This document shows positions 19,720 to 20,000 of a DNA stretch of 20,000 nucleotides, piece by piece. The notes below the pieces were generated by a model that was not told the origin of the DNA, ran no database searches, and saw only the letters and a list, made by a program, of their open reading frames with translations. Source of the stretch: Psammoneis japonica. Lineage: Eukaryota. A program made the translations under genes and the position numbers. Location: assembly GCA_008632985.1 (NCBI GenBank), contig QPGO01000298.1, forward strand, positions 48,434 to 68,433, read 5' to 3'. Each line of letters starts with the position of its first letter. The first letter of the stretch is position 1.

Positions 19720-20000
19720 GCCTCTGTCAAATTGCGCTTCAAACCTGGAGCCCCCCATGTCCGTCAGCGCGCCGGGTGCACCCTGCCCGACCATGGTGTC
19801 TTGCCAATGACTCAGATGATGAAGATAACAAGGAAGAAAATGATCAGCATGTCTGCATGGAAAATTCTTGCAAAGAGTCGGTTGCCGCCATCGACAATGA
19901 TGACATCATCCCCTTCTTGCGGGGAGAAGGTGTCTTGACACGATGACTCAGACGACGAAGATGACGAGAAAGAAAATGGTCAGCGTGTCTGCGTGGAAAG
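19720..20000. other. Start of a third TpA-depleted domain (runs off the right edge)
   Basis: Only one TpA (gataac) in the last ~280 bp. Confidence 0.6.
19795..20000 (+). repeat. ~134-bp direct tandem repeat (second copy cut by the window end), encoding acidic DSDDED-like peptides
   Basis: ggtgtcttgccaatgactcagatgatgaagataacaaggaagaaaatgatcagcatgtctgcatggaaa (19795) vs ggtgtcttgacacgatgactcagacgacgaagatgacgagaaagaaaatggtcagcgtgtctgcgtggaaa (19929). Confidence 0.85.

Overview
Eukaryotic, diatom-like nuclear DNA: it carries an Lhcx-type antenna gene with a bipartite ASGF plastid presequence, and the genes are compact and nearly intron-free. The window alternates between two sequence regimes. 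The normal-composition islands (~3448-7700 and ~14150-19720) carry ordinary genes: a secreted DWED/DIGDN beta-propeller-like surface protein, Lhcx, an S9 glutamyl-endopeptidase-like peptidase, an ER-type DnaJ protein and an ankyrin-repeat protein. The other domains (1-3447, ~7700-14140, and from ~19720 to the end) are sharply bounded, have almost no TpA, have reduced CpG, and are dominated by CpA/TpG. They contain decayed host-type genes in which Tyr appears as His/Cys. One is a truncated paralog of the adjacent intact propeller gene: all 11 aligned TpA sites are gone, 10 of them changed to CpA or TpG. This points to a domain-restricted TpA->CpA/TpG hypermutation process, the reverse direction of fungal RIP, and is the main candidate for an undescribed system. 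Clusters of a 14-bp palindrome (GATTCTTAAGAATC and TA-converted variants) at 11.1-12.6 kb may mark an unclassified mobile element. All counts are by eye.
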